Shown: positions 9,861-18,864 of the stretch, one piece after another
How the letters are laid out: every line of letters begins with the position of its first letter
Numbering within the stretch: position 1 is the first letter of the stretch
The notes under the pieces: generated by a model
The model's database searches: none
What the model saw: only the letters and a program-made list of their open reading frames with translations
What the model was told of the DNA's origin: nothing
Translations under genes and position numbers: made by a program
IMG/VR virus record: IMGVR_UViG_3300046131_000022
Coordinates: 1-64,000 of that record
Source of the DNA: a virus
Taxonomy: Duplodnaviria > Caudoviricetes
DNA length: 64,000 bases
Strand: one strand, 5' to 3'

Positions 9861-10177
9861 TCGACAATATCAAAAAAGCATTAAATTCAGGCAAGGTCTA
9901 TGACATTTTCCCTGTCGGGGACTCGGTTTCGTGGTCAAATTTTGGGCGTAATGGTGTGGTTATTGGCTTTGATTTGCCTAAAACTCAAGCCAAACGAGTT
10001 GATTTAGGTAATGGTGAGTTCAAAATTGTAGGTAGTGGGCGTGTTTTTGAGGTCACTAAATTTAAGGTTGTGATCGAAAAATTAGATGGAAAATTGAATT
10101 TCAAGTGGTTAAAACAATTAAAACCGATTGGGTTTTTAGAAATCGAGAAAAAATTGGAGAAAGTCGCAGGTTATTGA
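9857..10177 (+). CDS. Hypothetical protein
   Basis: 106 aa ORF, GAAGGA SD. Confidence 0.7.
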   Translation: MIDNIKKALNSGKVYDIFPVGDSVSWSNFGRNGVVIGFDLPKTQAKRVDLGNGEFKIVGSGRVFEVTKFKVVIEKLDGKLNFKWLKQLKPIGFLEIEKKLEKVAGY

Positions 10178-10192
10178 GAAATATTCTCGTAT

Positions 10193-10668
10193 CCCAAACA
10201 AGTTACACCTTTAAAATCAATAGGTTGTAATGTAATTTGGGTTGTAGAAATTGACCTTTCTGACAATCTATATTCAAAAAAGTGCTAAAGAAGTAATTTT
10301 TTAGCACTAAAATAGATTTATTGGTTAAAAAATGATCAATTTTTCGTGGGAAGTGGCTCTAAATAAGAAAGTTTCCTATATCCAAAAGAGTTACACCAAT
10401 AAAATCAATACGTTGGGAAGTGGTTTAAGGTGGATGAATTGACCATTCTGACAGAAAGTGAAGGCGAAACGGATCTAAAACTTGACTGAGACCAGTTTTT
10501 GAAGATTTTGTAAGTGCTTGATTTTCCTAACTGTAACTCTTTTGGGAGGAGAAAAATAAAAAATTTTTTTTAGATGCGAGGTTGATATAAATTGGTTAAA
10601 AAATATACAAATATATAAATACTATATATAAAAAGAAAAATGAAAACTTTCTACCCAAACAAGTTACA
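10193..10668. repeat. Array of four 15-bp CCCAAA(CA/AG)AGTTACA-type repeats, three paired with IHF boxes (origin or packaging-site candidate)
   Basis: Copies at 10193, 10381, 10532 (inverted), 10654; IHF boxes 10215, 10403, 10511 (inverted); AT-only tract ~10595-10645. Confidence 0.75.
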
Positions 10669-10892
10669 GTATTGAAAAATAACGAAAAGTCCATTTTTGA
10701 CTTCTCAAAACCTGGTCTTTTTCCCCGTCTTTGACCCCATTTTTGACCTTATTTTTGGCTCCGTCTAGGTCAATTTCTCCGAAAAAACGCCTTTCCCAAA
10801 AAGTCAAGCGTTATTTTCAAGAAAAAGCACCTTTGACTCAGTTGTTTTCGTTCCAACCAAAACGTAAACCAACTTTCAAGAACCAGACCACA

Positions 10893-10974
10893 GGACTGAA
10901 TTCAAAACTTAGGACTTAATCCAAAGCAAGGAATTAATCCAAAACACAGATCACAGGACTTAATCCAAAACTTA
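10893..10974 (+). repeat. Degenerate tandem repeat GGACTTAATCCAAAA, 4 copies
   Basis: Copies start 10893, 10912, 10930, 10956. Confidence 0.7.
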
Positions 10975-11152
10975 GAATTTTCTCCAAGATTTGAATTAAA
11001 CCTAAAACCCAAACTTAAACATAGCGTAGAACACGCCTAACAGCTCGAAATAACCACCTTTAAACCCAAACTGGTACAAAGGTAGCACCCAACACCCAAA
11101 ACCCCCTTAAATCGCCTTACAATGCGTTTTAGGAAAAACAGAGGAACTTAAT

Positions 11153-11422
11153 ATGTTTTTCAAGAAAACGACCTATGTAGCAATCATCGCAATTCACTTC
11201 ACAGGAATCTTGTTCCTTGTATTTATCGTTGTCCAAGTCTTCCAAATCATCGTCCGAAACCACAACTGGTTAGAAATCCACATTGGTTATTACAAAACAA
11301 CCATGTTGGTTTTATTCCTGATTGGTTTTGGTCTGATTTACGCAGCCGTAGTTTTGGAAAAAGCTTGGCAGAATCTTTATGGTGAGAAACCAAAAATGGG
11401 AGTGACCTATTTTGAAAACTGA
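11153..11422 (+). CDS. Small membrane protein (2 TM)
   Basis: 89 aa, two hydrophobic helices, GAGGA SD. Confidence 0.7.
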   Translation: MFFKKTTYVAIIAIHFTGILFLVFIVVQVFQIIVRNHNWLEIHIGYYKTTMLVLFLIGFGLIYAAVVLEKAWQNLYGEKPKMGVTYFEN

Positions 11423-11636
11423 GTATCAAATTACAGACGATTTAATCGAAGGATCTGTTGTTCGATTCAACTTAATGAATCGTGAATATTACCAACCCTA
11501 TTGTGGTGTAAGCCGTTGTTTTAACAGAGCAACATTCAACAAAAATAAGAAACAATTTGAATGTACTTGCGGTTGGATCAGCCAATATCCTGAAAGCTTT
11601 ATTGAAAAATATTTAGAACGCTGGGGTTTTAAGTAA
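11412..11636 (+). CDS. Small Cys-rich hypothetical protein
   Basis: 74 aa, CGVSRC and CTCGW motifs. Confidence 0.7.
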   Translation: MKTEYQITDDLIEGSVVRFNLMNREYYQPYCGVSRCFNRATFNKNKKQFECTCGWISQYPESFIEKYLERWGFK

Positions 11637-11682
11637 ATTTCAAAACAGCAGTAAATAACCCAAATTCCAAAGGTAATCGAAA

Positions 11683-12498
11683 ATGAAACTCCAAGTAATG
11701 GGAAATAAGAGTAAGAACATACTCTCTTTGCAAACCTACGACCCACACAGCAACGAAATCGCTTATTTCGACTTAGGGTACGTCCCCAACAACAAAAGCC
11801 CTCTAACGAGCTTACAGACGCAAGAAATAAACGACGTATTCACCCAACTGGGTATTTCTGAAATCTACAAAGTGACTGAAACAACTTTGCAAGAATTTTC
11901 AGGAAACCGTCTAGTTCAAGAACTGATCTGTTTCGGTAGCAAGTCCAACAGCTTTGGCTTAATAATTTTCCGAAAACCGAGCACAAATGGCTTCGACCCC
12001 TTCGATTGGAGCGTTGAAAACTTAACAATCCAAAGTATCAAAGCATCCCTTTACATGAATTGGATTCCTTCAGGATCACGTAATAAACCTGAAAAACCAA
12101 CTTCTGAGTTTACCAACGTGAAAACGCAAGGGAAAAACAAAATTGTGACTTGTACTGTCTGTGGAAAACAAACTTGGGTAAGTCCGCAGCAAGCAACAAA
12201 AGCGAAGAAAAACCCAAATGGTTATCGTCATCCAGGTTGCGCCAAGTTCAAGGACAAGGACGACATGGAGAAACAGACTAAAATTCAATACATTAAACAA
12301 TACCCCCACTCATGGAAAAGTCGAGATTATGAAGTCCACCCAGAATGGTTGGAAGACACAAACAACTTCCTATTGTGGGTTGAGGAACAGGAAAAAGCCC
12401 AAGGCAAACCATTTGTCAAAGGCAGCACTCGTTTTAGACGTAAAAATTTCAAAGAACCTTTCTGTCCTAAAAATTTACGAATGTGTTCTGAAATTTAA
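11683..12498 (+). CDS. Hypothetical protein with C-terminal degenerate HNH-endonuclease-like domain
   Basis: CTVCG motif then EWLEDTNNFLLWV...RFRRKN...PKNLR, resembling the VC.EW..F..F..W...DRID...P.NCRW family. Confidence 0.55.
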   Translation: MKLQVMGNKSKNILSLQTYDPHSNEIAYFDLGYVPNNKSPLTSLQTQEINDVFTQLGISEIYKVTETTLQEFSGNRLVQELICFGSKSNSFGLIIFRKPSTNGFDPFDWSVENLTIQSIKASLYMNWIPSGSRNKPEKPTSEFTNVKTQGKNKIVTCTVCGKQTWVSPQQATKAKKNPNGYRHPGCAKFKDKDDMEKQTKIQYIKQYPHSWKSRDYEVHPEWLEDTNNFLLWVEEQEKAQGKPFVKGSTRFRRKNFKEPFCPKNLRMCSEI

Positions 12499-12528
12499 AC
12501 CCAAAAACAAGACTTAGGGAGAAACAAA

Positions 12529-12768
12529 ATGGTTTCAATAGCAAATGGTTTAACCACGCAAGAATTTGTTCGTGAAATGAACAATGAACGTCTGCAAAAT
12601 AAAAACCGTTGGGTTGCTTGGTTTGGCAAAGTCAACGGCAAAGAAGTTTCTTTGAAATCCCACAACAATTGGGTACAAGTAATTGTCGTAGACGGTGTAA
12701 AGAAGACTGGAAATATGTATTCCAATATTTCTGAATTTAAACAATTTTTAAAGGAATCAGTAGCATGA
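12529..12768 (+). CDS. Hypothetical protein
   Basis: 79 aa, GGGAGA SD. Confidence 0.7.
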   Translation: MVSIANGLTTQEFVREMNNERLQNKNRWVAWFGKVNGKEVSLKSHNNWVQVIVVDGVKKTGNMYSNISEFKQFLKESVA

Positions 12769-13382
12769 AAAAATTATTTATTTTGGAATTTCCAAAAGAT
12801 CATCCTGAATTACAGCAATACACTTTAATGGAACCACAATCACAACTAGATAGTGTAATTTTCTTTGAACGTTTGGAGTCAAAAACAATTAAAGAACTCA
12901 ACCTTTGGGTGATGGAGTTAAATAAAAAATATCCTAAACTGACTGACGTTTTCCTACACGATTTTGACGAAAATTTCTTCAAAAAATTGTCGGACATTGT
13001 GAGTGATAAAAAAGTTTTCCAAGTGGTTAAATTGGATAAGTCTTTGACTTTGCGAGATTTAATTGTGGACAAAAGCTATTACGTTCACACAATTAACGGC
13101 GGTGTCGTAGACAGTTGCTTTGAACAGGACTATTGGTTGAAAGGTGAATCTTCAACCGAAATTGATCCGATCTCAGCAATGTTTTTTGAAGTCGATTTAT
13201 ACGAACAAGGTTTAACTCAAATAGGCTTTGACTTAGACGCAGCCATAGATTATGACGAGAACTGTAAAGATTTTAAAATGAAAAACCTAAACGGTGGGTT
13301 TAATTACCTCCGAATTGGTTATTTCCAAGACATAACACCGCAAGATTTGGAAGGGTGTCAAACAATCGACCATTTGTTTTGA
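12765..13382 (+). CDS. Hypothetical protein
   Basis: 205 aa, ATGA overlap; N-terminus paralogous to 14500 ORF. Confidence 0.75.
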   Translation: MKKLFILEFPKDHPELQQYTLMEPQSQLDSVIFFERLESKTIKELNLWVMELNKKYPKLTDVFLHDFDENFFKKLSDIVSDKKVFQVVKLDKSLTLRDLIVDKSYYVHTINGGVVDSCFEQDYWLKGESSTEIDPISAMFFEVDLYEQGLTQIGFDLDAAIDYDENCKDFKMKNLNGGFNYLRIGYFQDITPQDLEGCQTIDHLF

Positions 13383-13411
13383 TTGGGAAATAAAGCGAGA
13401 TCAGGATATTT

Positions 13412-13660
13412 ATGGTAAGTAAACGCTACGCCCCACAATTCCAAGTCAAGATCTTGGAAAATGCCGACAGCCGATCTGTCGGCTACCTCATCGGCAGAAA
13501 CCACAACACGATCATGTCCCATATCAATGATTTGGGACTTGAATACAGTGCAAGTTTTCACCGATGCACACGTTTAAATTCAGGTAAAGTTTTTGTGTCG
13601 CCTTGTATACTTATGACCAAAGAAAATTGGCTTAAATATTTTGAGAAGACAAATAAATGA
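13412..13660 (+). CDS. Hypothetical protein
   Basis: 82 aa, AGGA SD. Confidence 0.65.
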   Translation: MVSKRYAPQFQVKILENADSRSVGYLIGRNHNTIMSHINDLGLEYSASFHRCTRLNSGKVFVSPCILMTKENWLKYFEKTNK

Positions 13661-13695
13661 TGTTTATACCTGAAAATTTGAAGTAAAAATTTAAG

Positions 13696-14165
13696 TTAAA
13701 TCAATAACTTAAATAAATTTGGAAGTTAAACGATATGTTAACACCTAAAAAACTGCAAAATCAAATAGATAAACTATACAACGATGTTTATCTCAAAGAA
13801 TTTGAAAACACAGCAAAAAATTACTTTGATGAAAAAATCAAACCTTATTGTGTAAAGAACAAACTATCTTTCTCAGTAATGAATGGAATACCACGCATGG
13901 TTAATCAGGAAAATCAATACGTTAGAATACCAAAAATAATAGAAAACATATTAGATATTTCTGATCCAGAAGGCATTAGAATAATTTGGTATTTACCAAA
14001 TTATAAATATTCAGAAAAAGCTGACTTTAATGAGGCAGATACTAATTATTGGACAAATAGAGCCAAAGCAAGATTAAAAACCTGCGGTGGTGATGAACTT
14101 AAAGCAAGTTTGTCTTTAGCTTTTTCCATATAAAATTTAAATCAATAACTTAAACCAATTTGGAA
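13696..14165 (+). repeat. 29-bp direct repeats flanking one ORF
   Basis: TTAAATCAATAACTTAAA(TA/CC)AATTTGGAA at 13696-13724 and 14137-14165, 27/29 identical, each containing an IHF box. Confidence 0.85.
13735..14133 (+). CDS. Hypothetical protein (cassette between direct repeats)
   Basis: 132 aa ORF. Confidence 0.7.
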   Translation: MLTPKKLQNQIDKLYNDVYLKEFENTAKNYFDEKIKPYCVKNKLSFSVMNGIPRMVNQENQYVRIPKIIENILDISDPEGIRIIWYLPNYKYSEKADFNEADTNYWTNRAKARLKTCGGDELKASLSLAFSI

Positions 14166-14172
14166 AAAATCT

Positions 14173-14463
14173 ATGGGTCAAGGTGCTGAAAGTTGTCCAG
14201 GGTATGAACTTGAATATGATCCTGAAGACGATTTAGATTGGGTGTTTGAACAAATAAGGAAAAAGAAGGTTACACCGAAAATTTCTCCAAATGAACAACC
14301 AATAACACAACCAACAACACCTCAAAAAACACGAGGTAGAAAGGTTGAAAAACCCTGTAAAGAATGTGGTGAAAAACACACCGTAAGAGTCGCAGACCTC
14401 AACCGTGGTTGGGGTTTGTTTTGTTCAAAATCATGTAAAGCAACCTATCAAGTTAAACACTAA
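14173..14463 (+). CDS. Small zinc-binding protein
   Basis: CKECG...RGWGLFCSKSC motif. Confidence 0.7.
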   Translation: MGQGAESCPGYELEYDPEDDLDWVFEQIRKKKVTPKISPNEQPITQPTTPQKTRGRKVEKPCKECGEKHTVRVADLNRGWGLFCSKSCKATYQVKH

Positions 14464-14499
14464 ATACGCTAAATATATTTTATTTAAAAGGAAAACGAA

Positions 14500-15297
14500 A
14501 TGAAACAAGTAATCCTAGAATTTGGAAAAGATCACCCTATTTTTGACAATATTGAAAATGTTGAAAATCTACGAATATACTTAAATAAAAGGCTTAAAAC
14601 TGAAACGTTTGAAGAACTTCAAAAAAGTATTCAAGAAGAATTCTTCGTGGATGTTAAGCAATTGAAAAATCAAGGTAATCCCTACAATGTCAGCACGAAT
14701 GTATCTGCTTACGACGGACCTCAAACTTGGTTTAAAGAGTTCAACCAATTGGACCGAGAATATTACCCTATTCTTTTAGATTTACCTGAACGGATGGTTA
14801 ATGAAGAAACAAGTCAACCAGATATTGCTATAGAAGAAACAAAAAATTTAAGTTTTGAACAGCAAATTCAAAATTTCCCAAAAATAGATGCTCATATTTA
14901 TGACTTTATTTGGTTGTTAAAAGAAAAAATAAAAATTCACCTAACATTTGAAGTGGTGAACACCTTATGGGCTGTTTTCAACACTGGAGGATGGAATGAC
15001 CCAACAGAAGATCTTTATTTTTGTATGGTTGAGTTCATGAATAAATATGAACCAAAGGTGGCTTTAGAAAAGCGAATGAAAATAGGATCTAAAATTTTAC
15101 TTTTAAATGGCGACGAATATGAAGTGGCGTTTTTCACAAAAATAACAGGGGACAAGTTGAAACACCCTGAAGCCAATTGGTTTGTTGGAGTCAAAGGACG
15201 TCGAGAAGGTTTTTTCTTCAACGATAAAGGACAACAATCCGCAAACTATAAATATGATCCACAAAATATTGTGAGTATTGATGGAGGTACTGACTAA
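14500..15297 (+). CDS. Hypothetical protein
   Basis: 265 aa, AAGGA SD. Confidence 0.75.
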   Translation: MKQVILEFGKDHPIFDNIENVENLRIYLNKRLKTETFEELQKSIQEEFFVDVKQLKNQGNPYNVSTNVSAYDGPQTWFKEFNQLDREYYPILLDLPERMVNEETSQPDIAIEETKNLSFEQQIQNFPKIDAHIYDFIWLLKEKIKIHLTFEVVNTLWAVFNTGGWNDPTEDLYFCMVEFMNKYEPKVALEKRMKIGSKILLLNGDEYEVAFFTKITGDKLKHPEANWFVGVKGRREGFFFNDKGQQSANYKYDPQNIVSIDGGTD

Positions 15298-15530
15298 TGC
15301 AAGAACAAGTACGAAACAAAACTAAACATCCAGCAGCACAAGCCCTACATGGTTGGAAAAGTCGGAAACAACCCATTTGCCAAGAATGGTTAAATGATCA
15401 TAACGCATTTTTCAAATGGGTAGATACTCGAAAAATCCCATTTATAAAAGGGCTTTCACGCTTTTCTCGCAAGGACAAAACCAAAGAGTGGAGTCCTGAG
15501 AATACACGTTTTTACACTCATTACGGTTGA
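15297..15530 (+). CDS. Stand-alone degenerate HNH-endonuclease-like domain
   Basis: ICQEWLNDHNAFFKWV...RFSRKD...SPENTRF; paralog of 11683 C-terminus. Confidence 0.55.
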   Translation: MQEQVRNKTKHPAAQALHGWKSRKQPICQEWLNDHNAFFKWVDTRKIPFIKGLSRFSRKDKTKEWSPENTRFYTHYG

Positions 15531-15540
15531 GGACTATATC

Positions 15541-15717
15541 ATGTTTAAAAAAGGTGACATTGCCGAGGTCGTTGTCTTGGACATAAGCACAGCCAAAATA
15601 GGGGAATATGCTCACGTTAAGGTTTTGAAAGTAGAAGGTAAAGATATTCTAATTTCGGATGCCAAAGGTGAACAAGCGTGGGTCACTGAGCAGCACTTAG
15701 AGCTTAGTGAAGATTAA
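15541..15717 (+). CDS. Small beta-rich (SH3-like) protein, 58 aa, below ORF-track cut-off
   Basis: MFKKGDIAEVVVLD...AWVTEQHLELSED; GAGG SD. Confidence 0.65.
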   Translation: MFKKGDIAEVVVLDISTAKIGEYAHVKVLKVEGKDILISDAKGEQAWVTEQHLELSED

Positions 15718-15737
15718 TCAAAATTAAGGAAATCGAA

Positions 15738-16103
15738 ATGAATTTAGAACTTGCAATCATTGAAAGTTTAGATGTTGAAATCTTTGAATTTTCAAATAGA
15801 CAAGAACTCACCTTAAATTTTAAATGTCTATCAGATGGTGTTTTTGTAAGAACAGGTTTAGCACACTTATCAGCAATGGAGTCTCTTTTAAATTACTCAG
15901 GGGATGACGATGTTTCTGACGTTATTCTTAAACAAACTAAAAACATTGAGGAAATCAATAAACTTTGGAAAGCTAAAAATTTGAATAGTTACCGAGAGTT
16001 GAAAGGACATACCATTTTCGTAAAAATGTCGGGGAACACAGTTCAGGAAATCGACTGGAACCCAAAGATCGAAGGGGGTTTTGTTATATATAAATTCAAG
16101 TAA
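15738..16103 (+). CDS. Hypothetical protein
   Basis: 121 aa, AAGGA SD. Confidence 0.7.
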   Translation: MNLELAIIESLDVEIFEFSNRQELTLNFKCLSDGVFVRTGLAHLSAMESLLNYSGDDDVSDVILKQTKNIEEINKLWKAKNLNSYRELKGHTIFVKMSGNTVQEIDWNPKIEGGFVIYKFK

Positions 16104-16119
16104 GCGAGGAATTTTAGTT

Positions 16120-16278
16120 GTGAATTGTTTTCAAATCCAAGCACAAAACACCAAAAATAGAAAACTTTATGGTGTTAAAACATACTTCGATTATTCATTG
16201 AAAGAAGCAATCAAAAAGTACAGACAGGATTTAGATTTAAAAGGGAAACACAATATAGTTTTCCGAGTAACTCAATAA
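16120..16278 (+). CDS. Small hypothetical protein
   Basis: GTG start after GAGGA, within track ORF 16081-16278. Confidence 0.5.
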   Translation: MNCFQIQAQNTKNRKLYGVKTYFDYSLKEAIKKYRQDLDLKGKHNIVFRVTQ

Positions 16279-16302
16279 CTATTGGTTTGAAGGAGATCCA
16301 AA

Positions 16303-16701
16303 ATGCAAACCCTGAACAAACCCAAAAAAGAAAAGTGGGTGTCAAAAAACTTCACCCCTAAACCCGATTGGCGTTTACCTGAGTTCCAACACTATTGCGC
16401 TGATAGAATCCATTCAGCAATGAACGCTTGGGCTAAGTCTTGTTCTCAGCCAAGACTTGTGCTGATTACAAAATTCAAAGATGGTTCAGAACTCACAGAA
16501 TTTTTCGACCCTGCCACAGTCGAAGTCGGGTACAAACATCAAAACGAGTGGTATTACCAAACAGTTGATGTGGTGGACAAGTGGTTGACCCGAACCAAAG
16601 AGGAAGTCACCTTGAAGCAGCTACTTAAAAAAGAAGCTGACTTTTGTAAAGAAAAAGGTATTGAGGTTGACAGTTTTCACCACTTTCGGGAAGGGATGTA
16701 A
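16303..16701 (+). CDS. Hypothetical protein
   Basis: 132 aa, AAGGAG SD. Confidence 0.7.
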   Translation: MQTLNKPKKEKWVSKNFTPKPDWRLPEFQHYCADRIHSAMNAWAKSCSQPRLVLITKFKDGSELTEFFDPATVEVGYKHQNEWYYQTVDVVDKWLTRTKEEVTLKQLLKKEADFCKEKGIEVDSFHHFREGM

Positions 16702-16702
16702 C

Positions 16703-17014
16703 ATGCCAGAAGTAAATTATATGCAAAGAAAACTGTGTAAAGGTTGCGACATTATTGCTGAGCATAAAACAACATGCGCCAGATGTGGTCATAATCAATT
16801 TCTAACTTCAGATCAACTCCCCGATGGGTGGGTGACACACCAAAAAAACCAACAACTAATTGAAGAATTGGAAACAACTTTAAATCAAGTTAAAGAGACA
16901 AATGATAAATTTGAAAAAACTTGGTTTAAAAATTGGAACAATTCAAAAGCAGTTCAAAGGGAATTTGAAGAACCCGAACCTTTTTCGCAACTTTGGATCT
17001 TTTTTGGGATTTAA
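16703..17014 (+). CDS. Zinc-ribbon hypothetical protein
   Basis: CKGC...CARC; ATG 16703 just after the upstream stop. Confidence 0.7.
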   Translation: MPEVNYMQRKLCKGCDIIAEHKTTCARCGHNQFLTSDQLPDGWVTHQKNQQLIEELETTLNQVKETNDKFEKTWFKNWNNSKAVQREFEEPEPFSQLWIFFGI

Positions 17015-17053
17015 ATCAAAATCAATCAACTAATTGAAATTAAAGGAAATTTT

Positions 17054-17902
17054 ATGAAAAATCAATTTGAATATCGAGTTTATCGAAACCTTAATAACCA
17101 AAAATGGTCTATTAAGCACAAAAACAACCCAATTAAACATTCAGAAGAAGTCTTACTACAAAATGTCAGCTTCTATTCTCGCCCTGCAGGTCGTGAAAAA
17201 GTGATTGAAACAGGTGTTAAAAATGTCCATGCTTACATGTGTTCAAATCAAAAACCAGACTACCATGCAGATTTAACCCAATGGCATGTTTACCCTTTAG
17301 AGTTGAGCAGTTTAGTTCAAATCAGTTACAACCCAAAACTAGATCCACGATTCTTTTTCAAATTAGGATCTGAAAAAATATTCATCGAACCCAATTGGGT
17401 TTTGGATGAAGTAGTGTCCGAAAAAGGAAAAATTTGGACAAGAAAAATAACTACGCATAAGCTACTTAAAAGTGAAAAGGTGTCTGTTCCAAATCTAAAC
17501 TTAAAATTATTCTTCGACGGTGATTTAGATCTAGTCAACAACTTGAAAAAACACCTAAGTTGGATTATTGACAACAAAGAAAAAATAGAAAAATTATCTG
17601 AGTCGGATTCAATCCGAGATATTGAAGATGATTCCTTAGTTTTAATCACAGACTATGGTTTATGCGATAATTTAAAATTGAAATATTCAAGTGTTAGCAG
17701 TGAACGAAACAAAATTAGCCTTTGGCTTCAGACCACTTGCAAAGATTGGCAGCATTTTTCAGGAAGCCCAACTTTCCCCATACCTGACCCAAGTAAAAAT
17801 GAAGTCCCAGATGTTATTTATCATAAACAACCATTATATAAAGGTTCTTATGGGAACTTACGTTTCGATTTAGCTAAATTTTTACTTGAAAGTCTAAACT
17901 AA
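17054..17902 (+). CDS. Two-domain hypothetical phage protein
   Basis: N-terminal VYRNL...AGREKV...KNVHAY and C-terminal WQHFSG..FPIP...YG.LR motifs recall common phage hypothetical families. Confidence 0.7.
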   Translation: MKNQFEYRVYRNLNNQKWSIKHKNNPIKHSEEVLLQNVSFYSRPAGREKVIETGVKNVHAYMCSNQKPDYHADLTQWHVYPLELSSLVQISYNPKLDPRFFFKLGSEKIFIEPNWVLDEVVSEKGKIWTRKITTHKLLKSEKVSVPNLNLKLFFDGDLDLVNNLKKHLSWIIDNKEKIEKLSESDSIRDIEDDSLVLITDYGLCDNLKLKYSSVSSERNKISLWLQTTCKDWQHFSGSPTFPIPDPSKNEVPDVIYHKQPLYKGSYGNLRFDLAKFLLESLN

Positions 17903-17910
17903 AACCCCTT

Positions 17911-17954
17911 AAAGCCTTCGAGTAGGTTTGAGAAAGTATTTACTCAAAGGCTTT
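17911..17954 (+). terminator. Long irregular hairpin (terminator or RNase III-type site)
   Basis: AAAGCCTT-C-GAGTA...TACTC-A-AAGGCTTT. Confidence 0.5.
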
Positions 17955-18010
17955 TAAATTAAATTAAACCAAACCAAACCTAAACACAGGTTAAACAAAG
18001 GAAACAAAAC

Positions 18011-18328
18011 ATGAACTCACTTAAATTAAGACAAAAGTACAAAAAATTTAACCCTCAAGGGTATTTTTTTGAAGCTGAAACAATGCGCTTTTGGAAATCT
18101 AAAGTTGAACATATTCTCACTGAACGCCACGATGGATGTATTTTCTTCATGACAAGTGAAGACTCTTGGGCAAAAGAACCAGTAAGTAAATTTACGCTTC
18201 GTGTATTAATTCCTAAAGAAAATGGTGGAATCACTACATTAGCTGCACAAGCTTTTGAAAAAGAATTTCGTGAAGAAGCGATTGAAGCTTTGAAAGAATA
18301 TAAGAAAACATTTGTTTTGGAGAAATAA
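18011..18328 (+). CDS. Hypothetical phage protein
   Basis: 105 aa, FFEAETMRFWKSKV motif. Confidence 0.7.
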   Translation: MNSLKLRQKYKKFNPQGYFFEAETMRFWKSKVEHILTERHDGCIFFMTSEDSWAKEPVSKFTLRVLIPKENGGITTLAAQAFEKEFREEAIEALKEYKKTFVLEK

Positions 18329-18329
18329 T

Positions 18330-18839
18330 ATGTTGACCGAAGATCAAAAATTTAAGGGAAATCTCCGTGATTCACGTAAAGCAATTGAAATGTTCAATCG
18401 CTTAAAAAACGATGGACGTATTCGAGCAATCAATCACCGTAAAGATCCAATAGATAGTAACTTCTACGTTGACTTAGCTTTTGAACACATCAAAAATGGT
18501 AAAACAGAATTTACCATTTATGCTGATAAAGTCATGTTGTGCGATTGGTTCGATGTAGGTGAAGCTTTGTTTTATGCTTATAAAGATCACCCACTTTCAA
18601 CTCGTAAAGGGGAACCACCAAGTTTTTATCTACGCAAAAACACGCTCAACAAATTAAAAACGTTCACGATTGCGGAACAAAGCAAACACACATGGACACG
18701 ATTCCCTTTTAAATTTGCCGAAGCATTGCTTTCTTCAGAATATGTTAAAGTGAACTATTCTAATCGTGAAGCTGAAAACACAACCTTTCAATACTGTGAC
18801 TATTTTGAAATTAGTATTGTAGATCCTGACCAGGAATAA
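18330..18839 (+). CDS. Hypothetical protein
   Basis: ATG 18330 after GGAG, in track ORF 18312-18839. Confidence 0.7.
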   Translation: MLTEDQKFKGNLRDSRKAIEMFNRLKNDGRIRAINHRKDPIDSNFYVDLAFEHIKNGKTEFTIYADKVMLCDWFDVGEALFYAYKDHPLSTRKGEPPSFYLRKNTLNKLKTFTIAEQSKHTWTRFPFKFAEALLSSEYVKVNYSNREAENTTFQYCDYFEISIVDPDQE

Positions 18840-18864
18840 CCTTAAACCAGATAGAGGAATTGAA

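Noticed and set aside
10731-10919. 62-aa ORF
   Set aside because: TTG start, no SD, runs into the tandem repeat; likely chance
10893-10974. Mini-CRISPR array
   Set aside because: Repeats are ~15 nt, degenerate, with spacers of only 3-11 nt; no cas genes
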